A DNA stretch of 64,000 nt from Sporosarcina sp. (lineage in GTDB: Bacteria > Bacillota > Bacilli > Bacillales_A > Planococcaceae), in the NCBI GenBank assembly GCA_029257435.1, contig JARIBI010000120.1, positions 3,564-67,563 of the forward strand, in the 5' to 3' direction. The notes beneath the pieces were generated by a model. The model searched no databases. It saw nothing but the letters and a program-made list of their open reading frames with translations, and was not told where the DNA came from. Both the position numbers and the translations under genes were made by a program. Every line of letters starts with the position of its first letter. Position 1 is the stretch's first letter. Of this stretch, positions 7,827 to 17,367 are shown one piece after another.

Positions 7827-9970
7827 AGCTCAGCTGCTTCCAGCATTCGCTTTTCAAGCACAGGCTGTAATGCCAATCTCTTTGTAGCAGAAGCAAATCG
7901 AATTTCGATCGATTCACTGCCTACTTCGAGGATTTCTCCTTTACCGAAAACCCGATGCTTTATGAGGGCACCCTTACTTAATAGTTGAAGATCCCCGATT
8001 CCATTCGGATTCACCTCGACAGATTTAGGAGCTGTTTTCACTAAACTGCTTGTGGATTTCGCAGAATCAGTGCGTTTCGGCAACAAAATCCCTCGTACTT
8101 CATTCACAAACTTGGAGTCCTCTTTGGTCTTTCCATCTTCCGACGAAAAGGACAACAATTCCAGTCTGTCTTTCGCTCGGGTCATGCCTACATAAAATAA
8201 CCGCCTTGCCTCCTCTAGCAATTGGGGATCCGTCAGGTCATCCTCTGAAGGTATGGTTCCTTTGACAAGGTCGATCATAAACACCCGTTTAAACTCCAAC
8301 CCTTTTGCACTATGGAAAGTGGAAAGCGTTACTGCTTGCCCAGCTGGATCTCGTTTAGCCAGCTGCACCGCCTCTTCCAGTGTCTTCAGCTGTTCTGCAA
8401 ACTCAATCATTGTCCTTGTCTGTTCGGCAATGCCTTCTAACGTATCTAAAATTCCTTTTAAGCTATCCGCTCGATAGCCAAACTTTGTCGACATGCTTAC
8501 CAGGCTTTCCTCGTATCCCAGCTCATACCGGATCATGCGGATGATTTGTGCAGGTCTCATATCCGGAATTTTTTTGTAGACATCCTTATACGCATCGAGC
8601 TTCCTAATCTGGCTGTCTTTCAAAACTGCCATCTCCTTGAAAGCATTGAACACATTTCCCTCTATCATACTTCGCTCAAATTGCTGTAAAGCCGACTTCG
8701 ATACAAATAACTGCATCTTTCCTGCTACCTTCGCAAAAATATCTTTTCGTTCCAGATTGAAACTCAGCCGCATGAAATTTAGAATATCTTGAACAACCCA
8801 GTGGGAGAAAAACTTATCATCTGCGTCTTTCATATAAAAAGGAATGCCTCTGCGATGGAGTTCGTTTACAAAAGGCGTGGAGGAAGCGTTATTCCTGAAT
8901 AGAATTGCAACTTCACTCAAATTCTCTTCAGCGAGAAGTTCGTACGTCACATATTCCAATTGTTGCTTTGGATTGGTTAAGCGGCGCAGCTGGATTTTTC
9001 CTCTTGAACCGTTTTCGGTATGCATTTTTTTATCCCAGCGTTTTTTATTTCGTTTGATGAATGTCGCTGATGTTGTCACGATTTCAGAAGAAGATCGATA
9101 GTTTTGTTCCATATACAAGAGCTTAGCTTCTGGATACACAAGCTTGAAATCCATTAAATAATCCGGATCTGCCCCCCTCCATGCATAGATCGACTGATCA
9201 TCGTCGGCAACGACACAAAGATTCCCGTGCATCGCTGTCAGATGTTCCACGATTTTGTGTTGGACAAGTGAAGTATCCTGACTTTCATCGGTTAATATAT
9301 AGTCATAGTTGGATTGGAATTCTGCACCGAGGTCTTCATCCGTTCGCATGGCTTGTTCAGCTGCTAATAAAAGATCATCAAAATCGAACAGCGTATTATC
9401 TGCAGACCCATTCTTTACCGTTTCATAGTGACGTGCGATTTTAGATGCTTTCTCAAACGGCTCGTCTTTTTCCGACCATTTTTCCGCAGGAATCATTTGA
9501 TTCTTCATTAGGCTGATATACGTAGAAAGCGAGTTTAGCTGGTCTTCTGTTGCATTTTCTTTTAACACATGACGGCATGCCGCTTTCAGTGCGTTTTGTT
9601 TTGTGAATCCTTCCAGCAGTGTAAACTGACGCCCTGATTTTGCCAGCCACTTTTTAGAAATCGTAAACGCTAAACTGTGGATTGTCGAAAAATCCGCTGC
9701 TGGTAATTCTGGAAATAATAACGAGAATCGTTTCTGCATATCTTTTGCAGAAGCTTTACTAAAAGTGATTGCTTTTATACGTCGCGGTTTAACGCCAAGT
9801 TCTTCTATTAAATAGCCGATGCGCATTATTATGGTCGTCGTCTTCCCTGAGCCTGGACAAGCCAGCAGCAGAAGTGGTCCTTCCGTTGTAAGGACCGCCT
9901 GTTTTTGCACGTCGTTCAATTGGATATTCAGCTGTCTTTTTTTACGTTCAAAAAAATCTTCCATCCACAT
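7823..9970 (-). CDS. UvrD/PcrA-like SF1A ATP-dependent helicase (YjcD-like paralog)
   Basis: Walker A CPGSGKTT, DESQD, ADDDQSIYAWRGA, NYRS, STFHSAKGLEF, EARRLFYVGMTRAK, and a PcrA-like C-terminal H..FG.G domain. Start at 9970 after GGGAG. Confidence 0.9.
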   Translation of the reverse strand: MWMEDFFERKKRQLNIQLNDVQKQAVLTTEGPLLLLACPGSGKTTTIIMRIGYLIEELGVKPRRIKAITFSKASAKDMQKRFSLLFPELPAADFSTIHSLAFTISKKWLAKSGRQFTLLEGFTKQNALKAACRHVLKENATEDQLNSLSTYISLMKNQMIPAEKWSEKDEPFEKASKIARHYETVKNGSADNTLFDFDDLLLAAEQAMRTDEDLGAEFQSNYDYILTDESQDTSLVQHKIVEHLTAMHGNLCVVADDDQSIYAWRGADPDYLMDFKLVYPEAKLLYMEQNYRSSSEIVTTSATFIKRNKKRWDKKMHTENGSRGKIQLRRLTNPKQQLEYVTYELLAEENLSEVAILFRNNASSTPFVNELHRRGIPFYMKDADDKFFSHWVVQDILNFMRLSFNLERKDIFAKVAGKMQLFVSKSALQQFERSMIEGNVFNAFKEMAVLKDSQIRKLDAYKDVYKKIPDMRPAQIIRMIRYELGYEESLVSMSTKFGYRADSLKGILDTLEGIAEQTRTMIEFAEQLKTLEEAVQLAKRDPAGQAVTLSTFHSAKGLEFKRVFMIDLVKGTIPSEDDLTDPQLLEEARRLFYVGMTRAKDRLELLSFSSEDGKTKEDSKFVNEVRGILLPKRTDSAKSTSSLVKTAPKSVEVNPNGIGDLQLLSKGALIKHRVFGKGEILEVGSESIEIRFASATKRLALQPVLEKRMLEAAEL

Positions 9971-10041
9971 CAAATCTCCCTTAAGATTATGTTCCTTTAA
10001 ATTTATCATAACTTGCGGTCTCATGAGGACTAGAACGATGT

Positions 10042-10073
10042 AAAAAACCTCTGCATATGTTCTGCAGAGGTTT
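10042..10073 (-). terminator. Intrinsic terminator downstream of the small ORF
   Basis: AAACCTCTGCA-N7-TGCAGAGGTTT hairpin with a U-run on the minus strand. Confidence 0.7.
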
Positions 10074-10094
10074 GATAAATTAGTTGTTGCAACG

Positions 10095-10274
10095 TTAAAA
10101 GCCACCTGTTTCCAGCCGATCATTTTGCAGATCGACTTTCTTTTTTGCACTTCCCGTGTATGCGGTCGAAGCGACTTCATCAGTCCTGCGCTGACTGTCC
10201 GTGTACTCCGTTCCAGTCATACTGCCTGATTGCTGTTTCGCTCGCTGTTCTTTGCCTGCATGTTTTTCTGACAA
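10095..10274 (-). CDS. Small hydrophilic hypothetical protein (59 aa)
   Basis: AAGGAG RBS 8 nt before TTG; followed by a terminator; fills the intergenic space cleanly. Confidence 0.55.
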   Translation of the reverse strand: MSEKHAGKEQRAKQQSGSMTGTEYTDSQRRTDEVASTAYTGSAKKKVDLQNDRLETGGF

Positions 10275-10365
10275 TGCTGCCACTCCTTTTCTAAGGGTCT
10301 ATTGCTAGCATGTCTCAAAAACATCAGACTTAGTCAGGTGAATTTTACCTACTCACAGCAAATCA

Positions 10366-10893
10366 TCACTTTGGATTTCCGATTTCATCGAATGGATAAA
10401 AACGGAACTTCACTTTTCCAACTACCGAGTCTTCTTCAATGCTGCCAAAGATTCGGCTGTCCATGCTGTTCGCACGGTTATCCCCCATCACAAACAGCTG
10501 GCCTTCCGGTACTTTCACTTCGAAGTCCTGAGTCAATTTTTGACCTTCTGGAAGTGCTGCTTTGTTTGACTTCAAGTAAGGCTCCTTGAACTCCTTGCCA
10601 TTAATCGAAAGAACGTCATTTTCCATAGTTATGGTATCTCCAGGCAGCCCGATGATCCGCTTAATGAAGTCTTCATCTGCATTAGGTGCATGAAACACAA
10701 TTTTGTCGAAATGTTCAAGAGTAGAAATTTTCGAAATGACGACTCGATTTTTATCGTGATACGTCGGCTCCATCGATTCTCCTGAAACTATAACTGGTGT
10801 AAATAAAAATTGTCTTACAATAAATGCTACAAGCACTGCCACTATCAGGGACTTTCCCCATGACCAAAACTCTTTTTTTGACTCATCTTCCAT
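10366..10893 (-). CDS. lepB: Signal peptidase I
   Basis: TM segment, catalytic Ser in VSGESMEPT, Lys in FIKRIIGLPGD, and MGDNRANSMDSR. ATG at 10893 after GGAGG. Confidence 0.93.
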   Translation of the reverse strand: MEDESKKEFWSWGKSLIVAVLVAFIVRQFLFTPVIVSGESMEPTYHDKNRVVISKISTLEHFDKIVFHAPNADEDFIKRIIGLPGDTITMENDVLSINGKEFKEPYLKSNKAALPEGQKLTQDFEVKVPEGQLFVMGDNRANSMDSRIFGSIEEDSVVGKVKFRFYPFDEIGNPK

Positions 10894-10910
10894 AGTAGAA
10901 CCTCCGTTTT

Positions 10911-11705
10911 TCAATTTTCGATCACATATCCAAGTGAACGCAACACATTATCAATGAATGATTTTGTATATATAAATACTTCATCTCGCTCGGGTTCATG
11001 ATAAATATCATGATATAGATGACGCCACTCTTTATATTGAAACTCACTTAGATTTTGACGTTTCATCCACTTTTTCGATTCCGCTGTATCAGTCATTCGA
11101 TCTTCTCCGCCAGTTTGAACAAGGAGCGGTACGTCTTGTATCGATTTCTCATTCTGAAGAGTACTTTTCATGAATGATGTGAGTTCTTTGTACCAACCGC
11201 CAGTTACAACCGATCTCACGTCGGATGCATGACGTGTTTTCGGACGTTCATCCATATTTTTCGTAAGCATGTCATAAGTAACTCCATGATCTAACTTCAT
11301 TGAAGATGCTAGACGTGTCAGCATAGATGAAAACTTCGGCGGGTGGTGGATTAACGATAGCCACGGTGAACTGATAATTAGTCCAGCGCATTCAATTCGC
11401 TGCCTCTGAAGTAAATGAATCATTACTGTAGCGCCCAACCCATGAGCCAATACGATGACGGGCACACTCTCTTTTAATCCAGCGTCGATCATTTTCTTTG
11501 CAAACTCTGTATAAGAATCGAAAGTCTCTTCATGAGGAGTCCCTTTCTTCTCTGGACTATGTCCCGGTAAATCACCTGTAATCACGTCAAATCCTGAAAT
11601 CCTTAATTGCTGTATCAGCCATGCATATCGCTGATGGTCTTCGTACGCGTTATGTACAATGACAATGACTGCTTTTGCTTGTCCGTCTGCTTCCCATTTC
11701 CACAT
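10911..11705 (-). CDS. ytpA: Alpha/beta hydrolase, YtpA-like lysophospholipase
   Basis: MWKWEA..AKAVIVIVH, DLPGH, AHGLG nucleophile elbow, HDIYHEPERDEVF; conserved position next to ytoA. Confidence 0.8.
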   Translation of the reverse strand: MWKWEADGQAKAVIVIVHNAYEDHQRYAWLIQQLRISGFDVITGDLPGHSPEKKGTPHEETFDSYTEFAKKMIDAGLKESVPVIVLAHGLGATVMIHLLQRQRIECAGLIISSPWLSLIHHPPKFSSMLTRLASSMKLDHGVTYDMLTKNMDERPKTRHASDVRSVVTGGWYKELTSFMKSTLQNEKSIQDVPLLVQTGGEDRMTDTAESKKWMKRQNLSEFQYKEWRHLYHDIYHEPERDEVFIYTKSFIDNVLRSLGYVIEN

Positions 11706-11810
11706 AGCGCTTCCCTCCATTTATATCAATGCTTTAAACTCAATTTGTACATGATCCTAAAACTTTGATAGGATTATTATACATCAATGCACAACAAGGA
11801 GGGCATTTTC

Positions 11811-12323
11811 ATGATTGTTCCGTATAAGGATGTTTGGCCAAACATCGATGAAACCGTTTTTATAGCTGATTTTGCTGTCATTAGCGGAGATGTCACAATT
11901 GGCGCTGATTCCTCTGTTTGGTTCAGTACTATCATCCGCGGCGACGTTGCACCGACCCGTATCGGTAAACGTGTCAGCATTCAAGACTTATCATGTCTGC
12001 ATCAAAGTCCCAACACACCGTTAGTCATAGAAGATGACGTCACAATCGGACATAAAGTTACGTTACATAGCTGTACAATTAAAAAAGGGGCTCTCGTTGG
12101 AATGGGCTCTATAATATTAGATGGAGCAGTGGTGGGTGAAGGGGCATTTGTAGGCGCAGGCAGTTTAGTTCCTCCAGGTAAAGTCATTCCCCCTGGTATG
12201 TTAGCACTCGGTTCTCCGGCAAAAGTTGTTCGTGAAGTAACAGATGAAGACCGGGCGGATATGGATAGAATCGTTAAGAGCTACGTAGAAAAAGGTCAGT
12301 ATTACAAACAACTTCAGAACTGA
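11811..12323 (+). CDS. ytoA: Gamma-carbonic anhydrase/hexapeptide-repeat family protein (YtoA)
   Basis: IRGDVAPTRIG, QDLSCLH, IGHKVTLHSC hexapeptide repeats. Confidence 0.88.
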   Translation: MIVPYKDVWPNIDETVFIADFAVISGDVTIGADSSVWFSTIIRGDVAPTRIGKRVSIQDLSCLHQSPNTPLVIEDDVTIGHKVTLHSCTIKKGALVGMGSIILDGAVVGEGAFVGAGSLVPPGKVIPPGMLALGSPAKVVREVTDEDRADMDRIVKSYVEKGQYYKQLQN

Positions 12324-12375
12324 AATGTAAAAAAGAAAAGCAAGGGCGCTAAAATCGGCCCTTGCTTTTTTGTAT

Positions 12376-13581
12376 TTACCCTTTAAGTTGAGTAACTTCT
12401 TCTTTCAATGCTGAAGCTTTGTCTGTCCGTTCCCAAGGGAGATCGATATCCGTTCTGCCAAAGTGACCGTAAGCTGCTGTCTGCTTATAAATCGGACGGC
12501 GCAGGTCGAGCATCTTGATAATCCCTGCTGGGCGCAGATCGAAATGGTTTCTGACAAGCTCAACCAGACGGCTTTCAGGTATATCACTTGTTCCGAATGT
12601 ATCAACAGAAATCGAAACAGGCTTCGCCACACCGATTGCATACGCCAGCTGTACTTCACAGCGATCCGCAAGACCTGCAGCGACTAAGTTTTTAGCAACA
12701 TAACGTGCTGCGTAAGATGCTGAACGGTCGACTTTGGTTGCGTCTTTACCAGAAAACGCACCGCCGCCATGCCGTGCATAGCCTCCGTACGTATCAACGA
12801 TGATTTTACGTCCAGTTAGACCAGCGTCCCCTTGAGGACCGCCAATCACAAAACGCCCAGATGGATTAATGAAGTATTTTGTTTCTTCATCCAGTAAGTT
12901 CTTTGGTACGACAGTGTCAATCACGTGCTGTTTGACTTCACGCTGCAATTGCTCCATTGTCACTTCAGGATGATGCTGTGTGGAAATTACAATCGTATCC
13001 ACACGGATTGGTTCGTTCTTTTCATTATATTCAATCGTTACTTGTGTTTTTCCATCAGGACGTAAGTAGTCAAGTGTTTCTTCTTTCCGCACTTTTGTAA
13101 GCTGACGTGAAAGTTTGTGCGCAAGGCTAATTGGCAGAGGCATCAATTCCTCGGTTTCGTTACACGCATATCCAAACATGAGTCCCTGGTCACCAGCACC
13201 AATTGCTTCTAATTCTTCGTCATCCATTTGGCCTTCACGTGCTTCAAGCGCACGGTCGACACTGGCTGCGATATCAGGTGATTGTTCATCAATAGATGTC
13301 AGTACGGAAGACGTTTCGTAATCGAATCCGTATTTCGCACGTGTATAGCCAATTTCCTTTACGGTTTCTCGAACCACTTTCGGAATATCGACATACGTAG
13401 TTGTCGTAATTTCTCCAATCACGAGAACTAATCCTGTTGTAATTGTCGTTTCACACGCAACGCGTGCGTTCGGGTCTTCCTCGATAATCGCATCCAGAAT
13501 TGCATCTGAAATTTGGTCGCACATCTTATCAGGATGGCCTTCTGTTACCGACTCAGATGTAAACAGTCGTCGATTTGTCAT
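12376..13581 (-). CDS. metK: S-adenosylmethionine synthetase
   Basis: [19 protein letters not shown] and GGGAFSGKD signatures. Confidence 0.99.
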   Translation of the reverse strand: MTNRRLFTSESVTEGHPDKMCDQISDAILDAIIEEDPNARVACETTITTGLVLVIGEITTTTYVDIPKVVRETVKEIGYTRAKYGFDYETSSVLTSIDEQSPDIAASVDRALEAREGQMDDEELEAIGAGDQGLMFGYACNETEELMPLPISLAHKLSRQLTKVRKEETLDYLRPDGKTQVTIEYNEKNEPIRVDTIVISTQHHPEVTMEQLQREVKQHVIDTVVPKNLLDEETKYFINPSGRFVIGGPQGDAGLTGRKIIVDTYGGYARHGGGAFSGKDATKVDRSASYAARYVAKNLVAAGLADRCEVQLAYAIGVAKPVSISVDTFGTSDIPESRLVELVRNHFDLRPAGIIKMLDLRRPIYKQTAAYGHFGRTDIDLPWERTDKASALKEEVTQLKG

Positions 13582-13776
13582 ATGATTTCCTCCTTCAGCC
13601 GCAAGTCTCCTTACAGCGAACTCGTGATACGGTACTCTCGTTTTCCCAGTTTTCGTCCCGCGCCTGAAGAGAAGCGACGTTCAACGTTCACAAGGATAAA
13701 GGCAAACAATAGAAAAAGCCCTCCACTCACGTATTGCATACATGAGGAAAGGCATGAGTTTCATAGGCACCTTTCA

Positions 13777-13893
13777 CTCTTATCGTCCAGGGTTTCCCCC
13801 TGCTTCAGGTTTGGCACCTTTTCATAGACAAGGACGTCTATGCAGGTTGCCGGGCATCATAGGGCCTGTCCCTCCGCCGACTCGGGATAAGAG
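13777..13893 (-). promoter_or_regulatory. SAM-I riboswitch (S-box) upstream of metK
   Basis: CTCTTATC...GAG...GGAGGGACAGGCCC..TGA..CCCGGCAACC...GGTGCCAA...GATAAGAG; a terminator hairpin follows at ~13713-13753. Confidence 0.95.
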
Positions 13894-13964
13894 TATCCGT
13901 TCATCTATCTATGCTACGAGAAAACAGAGCTATTGTCAATTTTTTTGTTGTTCTCACTTGAGTT

Positions 13965-14010
13965 TTGAATTAGTATAGTTTATTATTCTTAATGTGTTAT
14001 ACTAATTCAA
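13965..14010. promoter_or_regulatory. Inverted repeat with CcpN-like operator at the pckA promoter
   Basis: 13-bp IR TTGAATTAGTATA-N20-TATACTAATTCAA containing ATGTGTTATACTA, similar to CcpN boxes; pckA is a CcpN target in Bacillus. Confidence 0.55.
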
Positions 14011-14059
14011 AATAAGACAGCCCCAACACGGGCAATAATGAAAAGGACGGTATCTACCT

Positions 14060-15646
14060 ATGATTTCAGCGAAAATAGATAATGGACTCAAAGAACTTCT
14101 TTCTGGAACTAATATTACATTGCAGCCTTCTGTACCTGTATTAGTCGAAAAAGCAGTTTCCCGCGGTGAGGCGAAGCTTTCAGCAGATGGAGCCGTTACA
14201 GCGCAAACCGGGAAGTATACCGGCCGTTCCCCTAAAGATCGTTACATAACTGAAGAAGCGACTTCAAAAGATAAGATTGACTGGGGTTCTGTCAATCGTC
14301 CAATTTCAGAAGATCACTTCGACAACCTATATAAGAAGGTTTTGAACCACCTTCAAGCAAAAGAAGAACTATTTGTATTCAAGGGTTTTGCAGGAGCTGA
14401 CAAAGCTTCACAACTTTCGATTCAAGTTATTAACGAATTTGCGTGGCAAAACCTTTTCGTGCATCAGCTCTTCATCCGCCCTACTGAAGAAGAATTGAAA
14501 ATCCACGAAGCACAGTTCACAATCCTAGCTGCACCTTCGTTTAAAGCAGACCCTGCCGTTGACGGTACGGATACTGAAACATTTGTCATCATTTCTCTCG
14601 AAAAACGGATTGTGTTAATCGGCGGTACTGAATACGCAGGAGAAATGAAGAAATCGATTTTCTCTGTCATGAACTACTTGCTTCCTGAGAACGGCATTCT
14701 TTCAATGCACTGTTCAGCAAACGTTGGGGAAAAAGGCGATGCAGCTCTATTTTTCGGCTTGTCTGGTACAGGTAAAACAACGCTTTCTGCTGATGCAAAC
14801 CGCAAACTCATCGGTGATGATGAGCACGGTTGGTCAGATCACGGAATCTTCAACATTGAAGGTGGATGTTACGCGAAGTGCATCAACTTATCACCAGAAA
14901 AAGAACCTGAGATCTTTGGTGCCATTCAATTCGGTACAGTTTTAGAAAACGTTGTACTCAATACTGAGTCACGCGTGCCCGATTATGATGATACAACTTT
15001 AACTGAAAATACACGCGCTGCTTATCCAATTGAGAACATTGACAACATCGTTCTCCCATCAGTTGCTGGACACCCGGAAACGATCATCTTCCTAACTGCT
15101 GATGCGTTCGGCGTGTTGCCTCCAATCTCGAAATTGACGAAAGAACAAGCGATGTATCATTTCCTAAGCGGATTCACATCGAAACTTGCGGGTACTGAAC
15201 GTGGAATCACATCACCAGAAGCAACATTCTCTACATGCTTCGGTTCACCATTCCTGCCGCTTCCTGCAACAGTATATGCAGATATGCTAGGAAAGAAAAT
15301 CGATGAGCACGGTTCACGTGTATTCCTTGTAAACACTGGCTGGACTGGCGGCGTTTATGGCGTTGGTAAGCGTATGGACTTGAAGCACACACGCACAATG
15401 GTTCGCGCAGCACTTTCTGGAGAATTAGATGATGTAGAAACAGAAACATCTGCTACATTCGGCCTTCAGATTCCTAAACAAATCCAAGGTGTTCCAAGTG
15501 AAGTATTGAACCCTCGCAATGCTTGGAGCGATGCATCCGAATATGATGCAAAAGCAAAAGAGCTATCACAGCTATTCAAAAACAACTTCAAGAAGTTCGA
15601 ACAAGTTTCTGAAGAGATTCTTCAAAAGGGCGGGCCAATTATTTAA
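14060..15646 (+). CDS. pckA: Phosphoenolpyruvate carboxykinase (ATP)
   Basis: [23 protein letters not shown] and LIGDDEHGW motifs. Confidence 0.99.
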   Translation: MISAKIDNGLKELLSGTNITLQPSVPVLVEKAVSRGEAKLSADGAVTAQTGKYTGRSPKDRYITEEATSKDKIDWGSVNRPISEDHFDNLYKKVLNHLQAKEELFVFKGFAGADKASQLSIQVINEFAWQNLFVHQLFIRPTEEELKIHEAQFTILAAPSFKADPAVDGTDTETFVIISLEKRIVLIGGTEYAGEMKKSIFSVMNYLLPENGILSMHCSANVGEKGDAALFFGLSGTGKTTLSADANRKLIGDDEHGWSDHGIFNIEGGCYAKCINLSPEKEPEIFGAIQFGTVLENVVLNTESRVPDYDDTTLTENTRAAYPIENIDNIVLPSVAGHPETIIFLTADAFGVLPPISKLTKEQAMYHFLSGFTSKLAGTERGITSPEATFSTCFGSPFLPLPATVYADMLGKKIDEHGSRVFLVNTGWTGGVYGVGKRMDLKHTRTMVRAALSGELDDVETETSATFGLQIPKQIQGVPSEVLNPRNAWSDASEYDAKAKELSQLFKNNFKKFEQVSEEILQKGGPII

Positions 15647-15653
15647 TAGCACC

Positions 15654-15689
15654 AAAAAGAACCTTCCTCATCCAGGAAGGTTCTTTTTT
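15654..15689. terminator. Bidirectional terminator pckA/ytmA
   Basis: AAAAAGAACCTTCCT...AGGAAGGTTCTTTTT. Confidence 0.85.
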
Positions 15690-16476
15690 ACGGCTGCGCT
15701 CTCATCCAATTCGTCAGATCCCTGACTATCTTAGCATTGTGCCAGGATGGGAAGTGATGGGTATAGTCCTGAAAATACCACGTTTCGGTGGTTTTTTGAT
15801 GTTCCCGAAGTGCATCTTCCAGCATAATGGCTTGTTCAAATGACACGTTTTCATCTTTCATTCCATGAATAATGAGTACCGGGGCGTCAATTTCTTCCAC
15901 CCTGAACAACGCTGTTCGTTCCCGATATGCATCGGGTGCACTATTCGGTGAGCCGCCAATTACACGTTTCATCATCCGGCGCATATCTTCCCGCTCTTTA
16001 TACGTAAACACGACATCTGAAACACCAGCCCAATGGACTGTTGACGTGATATCATTTCGTAAAATTGCTGTCCAAAGCGCCATGATGCCTCCTCGTGAGA
16101 ACGAAAACAAGTGAACGCGTCCTTCTTTCCATTTTGGACTTTGTTTTAGTACATCTACCGCACTTACAGCGTCTTGCAGATCTGCACCAGCAAATTCGTC
16201 GCGCCCTTCTCCGCCCCGATTTCCACGATAATAAGGAGCAAAAACGACAAATCCTTGGCTTGCGAACTGTGCAATGCGAGCAGGCCGCGCCATGCCTATG
16301 TGCTGTATGCCTCCTCTCATATATATGAGTCCTTCGTAACTTCCTTCTTCTTTTGGTTCAGCCAGCATGCCTTTCACTTTTACTCCGCCACTTAAATACG
16401 TAATTTCAGTGAGTTCAATGAAAGGATTCGGAGTCGGATACAGTCGTTTAGAGATGATTTGACCATCATCATGCAT
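15688..16476 (-). CDS. ytmA: S9-family peptidase / alpha-beta hydrolase (YtmA-like)
   Basis: YMRGGIQHIG, PYYRGN.GGEG.D.F.G.D, FSRGG and IIHGMKDENV motifs. Confidence 0.85.
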   Translation of the reverse strand: MHDDGQIISKRLYPTPNPFIELTEITYLSGGVKVKGMLAEPKEEGSYEGLIYMRGGIQHIGMARPARIAQFASQGFVVFAPYYRGNRGGEGRDEFAGADLQDAVSAVDVLKQSPKWKEGRVHLFSFSRGGIMALWTAILRNDITSTVHWAGVSDVVFTYKEREDMRRMMKRVIGGSPNSAPDAYRERTALFRVEEIDAPVLIIHGMKDENVSFEQAIMLEDALREHQKTTETWYFQDYTHHFPSWHNAKIVRDLTNWMRAQP

Positions 16477-16921
16477 GCTGCTCCACCCAACTTCTCAGTT
16501 CGTTCATTCCTTTATCTTTCATATGAAAGCTGAGCGTGTCACAGCGGTCTAATTGTTCATCTGTCAGCCACAGGGCTCCATCTGTTTCAAAACGTTCCGC
16601 GTCTTCATCAATGGTAACAACATCTGCTGTAAATACCGCTTTGCAAAACGGAGGTTCGGTGTAAACCACATACTCAGCAAATTTCACTAAGTTTTTAACG
16701 GTTACACCCGTTTCCTCCATCACTTCCCGGATTGCAGCCATTTCTATCGTTTCACCTGGCTCCGCTTTTCCCCCTGGAAATTCCACGCCTCGAATTTTGT
16801 GGGTGGTCAACAGCCACTTTCCTTCGTATTTAAGTACTACTAAGACATGACGCGCTTCCAGTTCCTGTTCACCAAAAACAAGCTCTACACGGCTTCCTTT
16901 CAGGTCGTCAAATGTCAACAT
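16469..16921 (-). CDS. ytkD: Nudix hydrolase, YtkD-like
   Basis: Nudix box GGKAEPGETIEMAAIREVMEETG; HVLVV..Y...WLLT.H..RG.EFPGGK. Confidence 0.88.
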   Translation of the reverse strand: MLTFDDLKGSRVELVFGEQELEARHVLVVLKYEGKWLLTTHKIRGVEFPGGKAEPGETIEMAAIREVMEETGVTVKNLVKFAEYVVYTEPPFCKAVFTADVVTIDEDAERFETDGALWLTDEQLDRCDTLSFHMKDKGMNELRSWVEQHA

Positions 16922-16954
16922 CGCTTGCACACCCTATCTAGCTGATCTGCCCAT

Positions 16955-17305
16955 TCACATATTCCCTACACCTTTATGACTCACGACCGGTTGACGGAAA
17001 AATGGCATTTGTTCTATGAACTTTTTCGATTCATCATCCGTGAATTCATGGATGAGCGCGTACATTTTGTATAACCGTAAATCCACGTTGTGATTATTCC
17101 TGTCATAATGATAAGGGACATACGGTAAATGGGCTCTCAGAAAGTTAAAAAATTCTAATTCATTGGTCTGATCAAACAAATGGTTAAAAACTTCAATATA
17201 ATCTTTTGGAATGTTCACTACGTATTCATAGGGCGAATCTTCCTTATGAATATTGACTTGCTGGTGAGCAACTGACACATACATTGTATATTTTTCGTCT
17301 GCCAA
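16955..17305 (-). CDS. Conserved Bacillales hypothetical protein
   Basis: TTG start with RBS; FxRAHxPYVPYHYDR motif recalled from small Bacillales proteins; CATACTA (SigG-like -10) upstream. Confidence 0.7.
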   Translation of the reverse strand: MADEKYTMYVSVAHQQVNIHKEDSPYEYVVNIPKDYIEVFNHLFDQTNELEFFNFLRAHLPYVPYHYDRNNHNVDLRLYKMYALIHEFTDDESKKFIEQMPFFRQPVVSHKGVGNM

Positions 17306-17367
17306 AGTAATCCCATCCTCTTTTTTAAAGTAGTATGGACCACTTTAGCTTGTGTATGTGCAGGGAT

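Noticed and set aside
7826-7950. Fluoride riboswitch upstream of crcB
   Set aside because: This region is helicase coding sequence overlapping the crcB start, and I saw no GGCGAUGG...UAAACCGC...CUGAUGAC-type motif.
4133-9970. Nuclease plus helicase anti-phage defence system
   Set aside because: The SNase protein has a membrane anchor and an extracellular Excalibur domain, is separated from the helicase by katE and crcB, and the helicase has no fused nuclease or TOPRIM domain.
9971-10180. N-terminal extension of the helicase in the ORF track (785 aa)
   Set aside because: It runs through a terminator hairpin and overlaps the small ORF; a GGGAG RBS supports ATG at 9970.
13582-13710. SMK (SAM-III) box in tandem with the S-box
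   Set aside because: The SAM-III core and its SD/anti-SD arrangement are not recognisable here.
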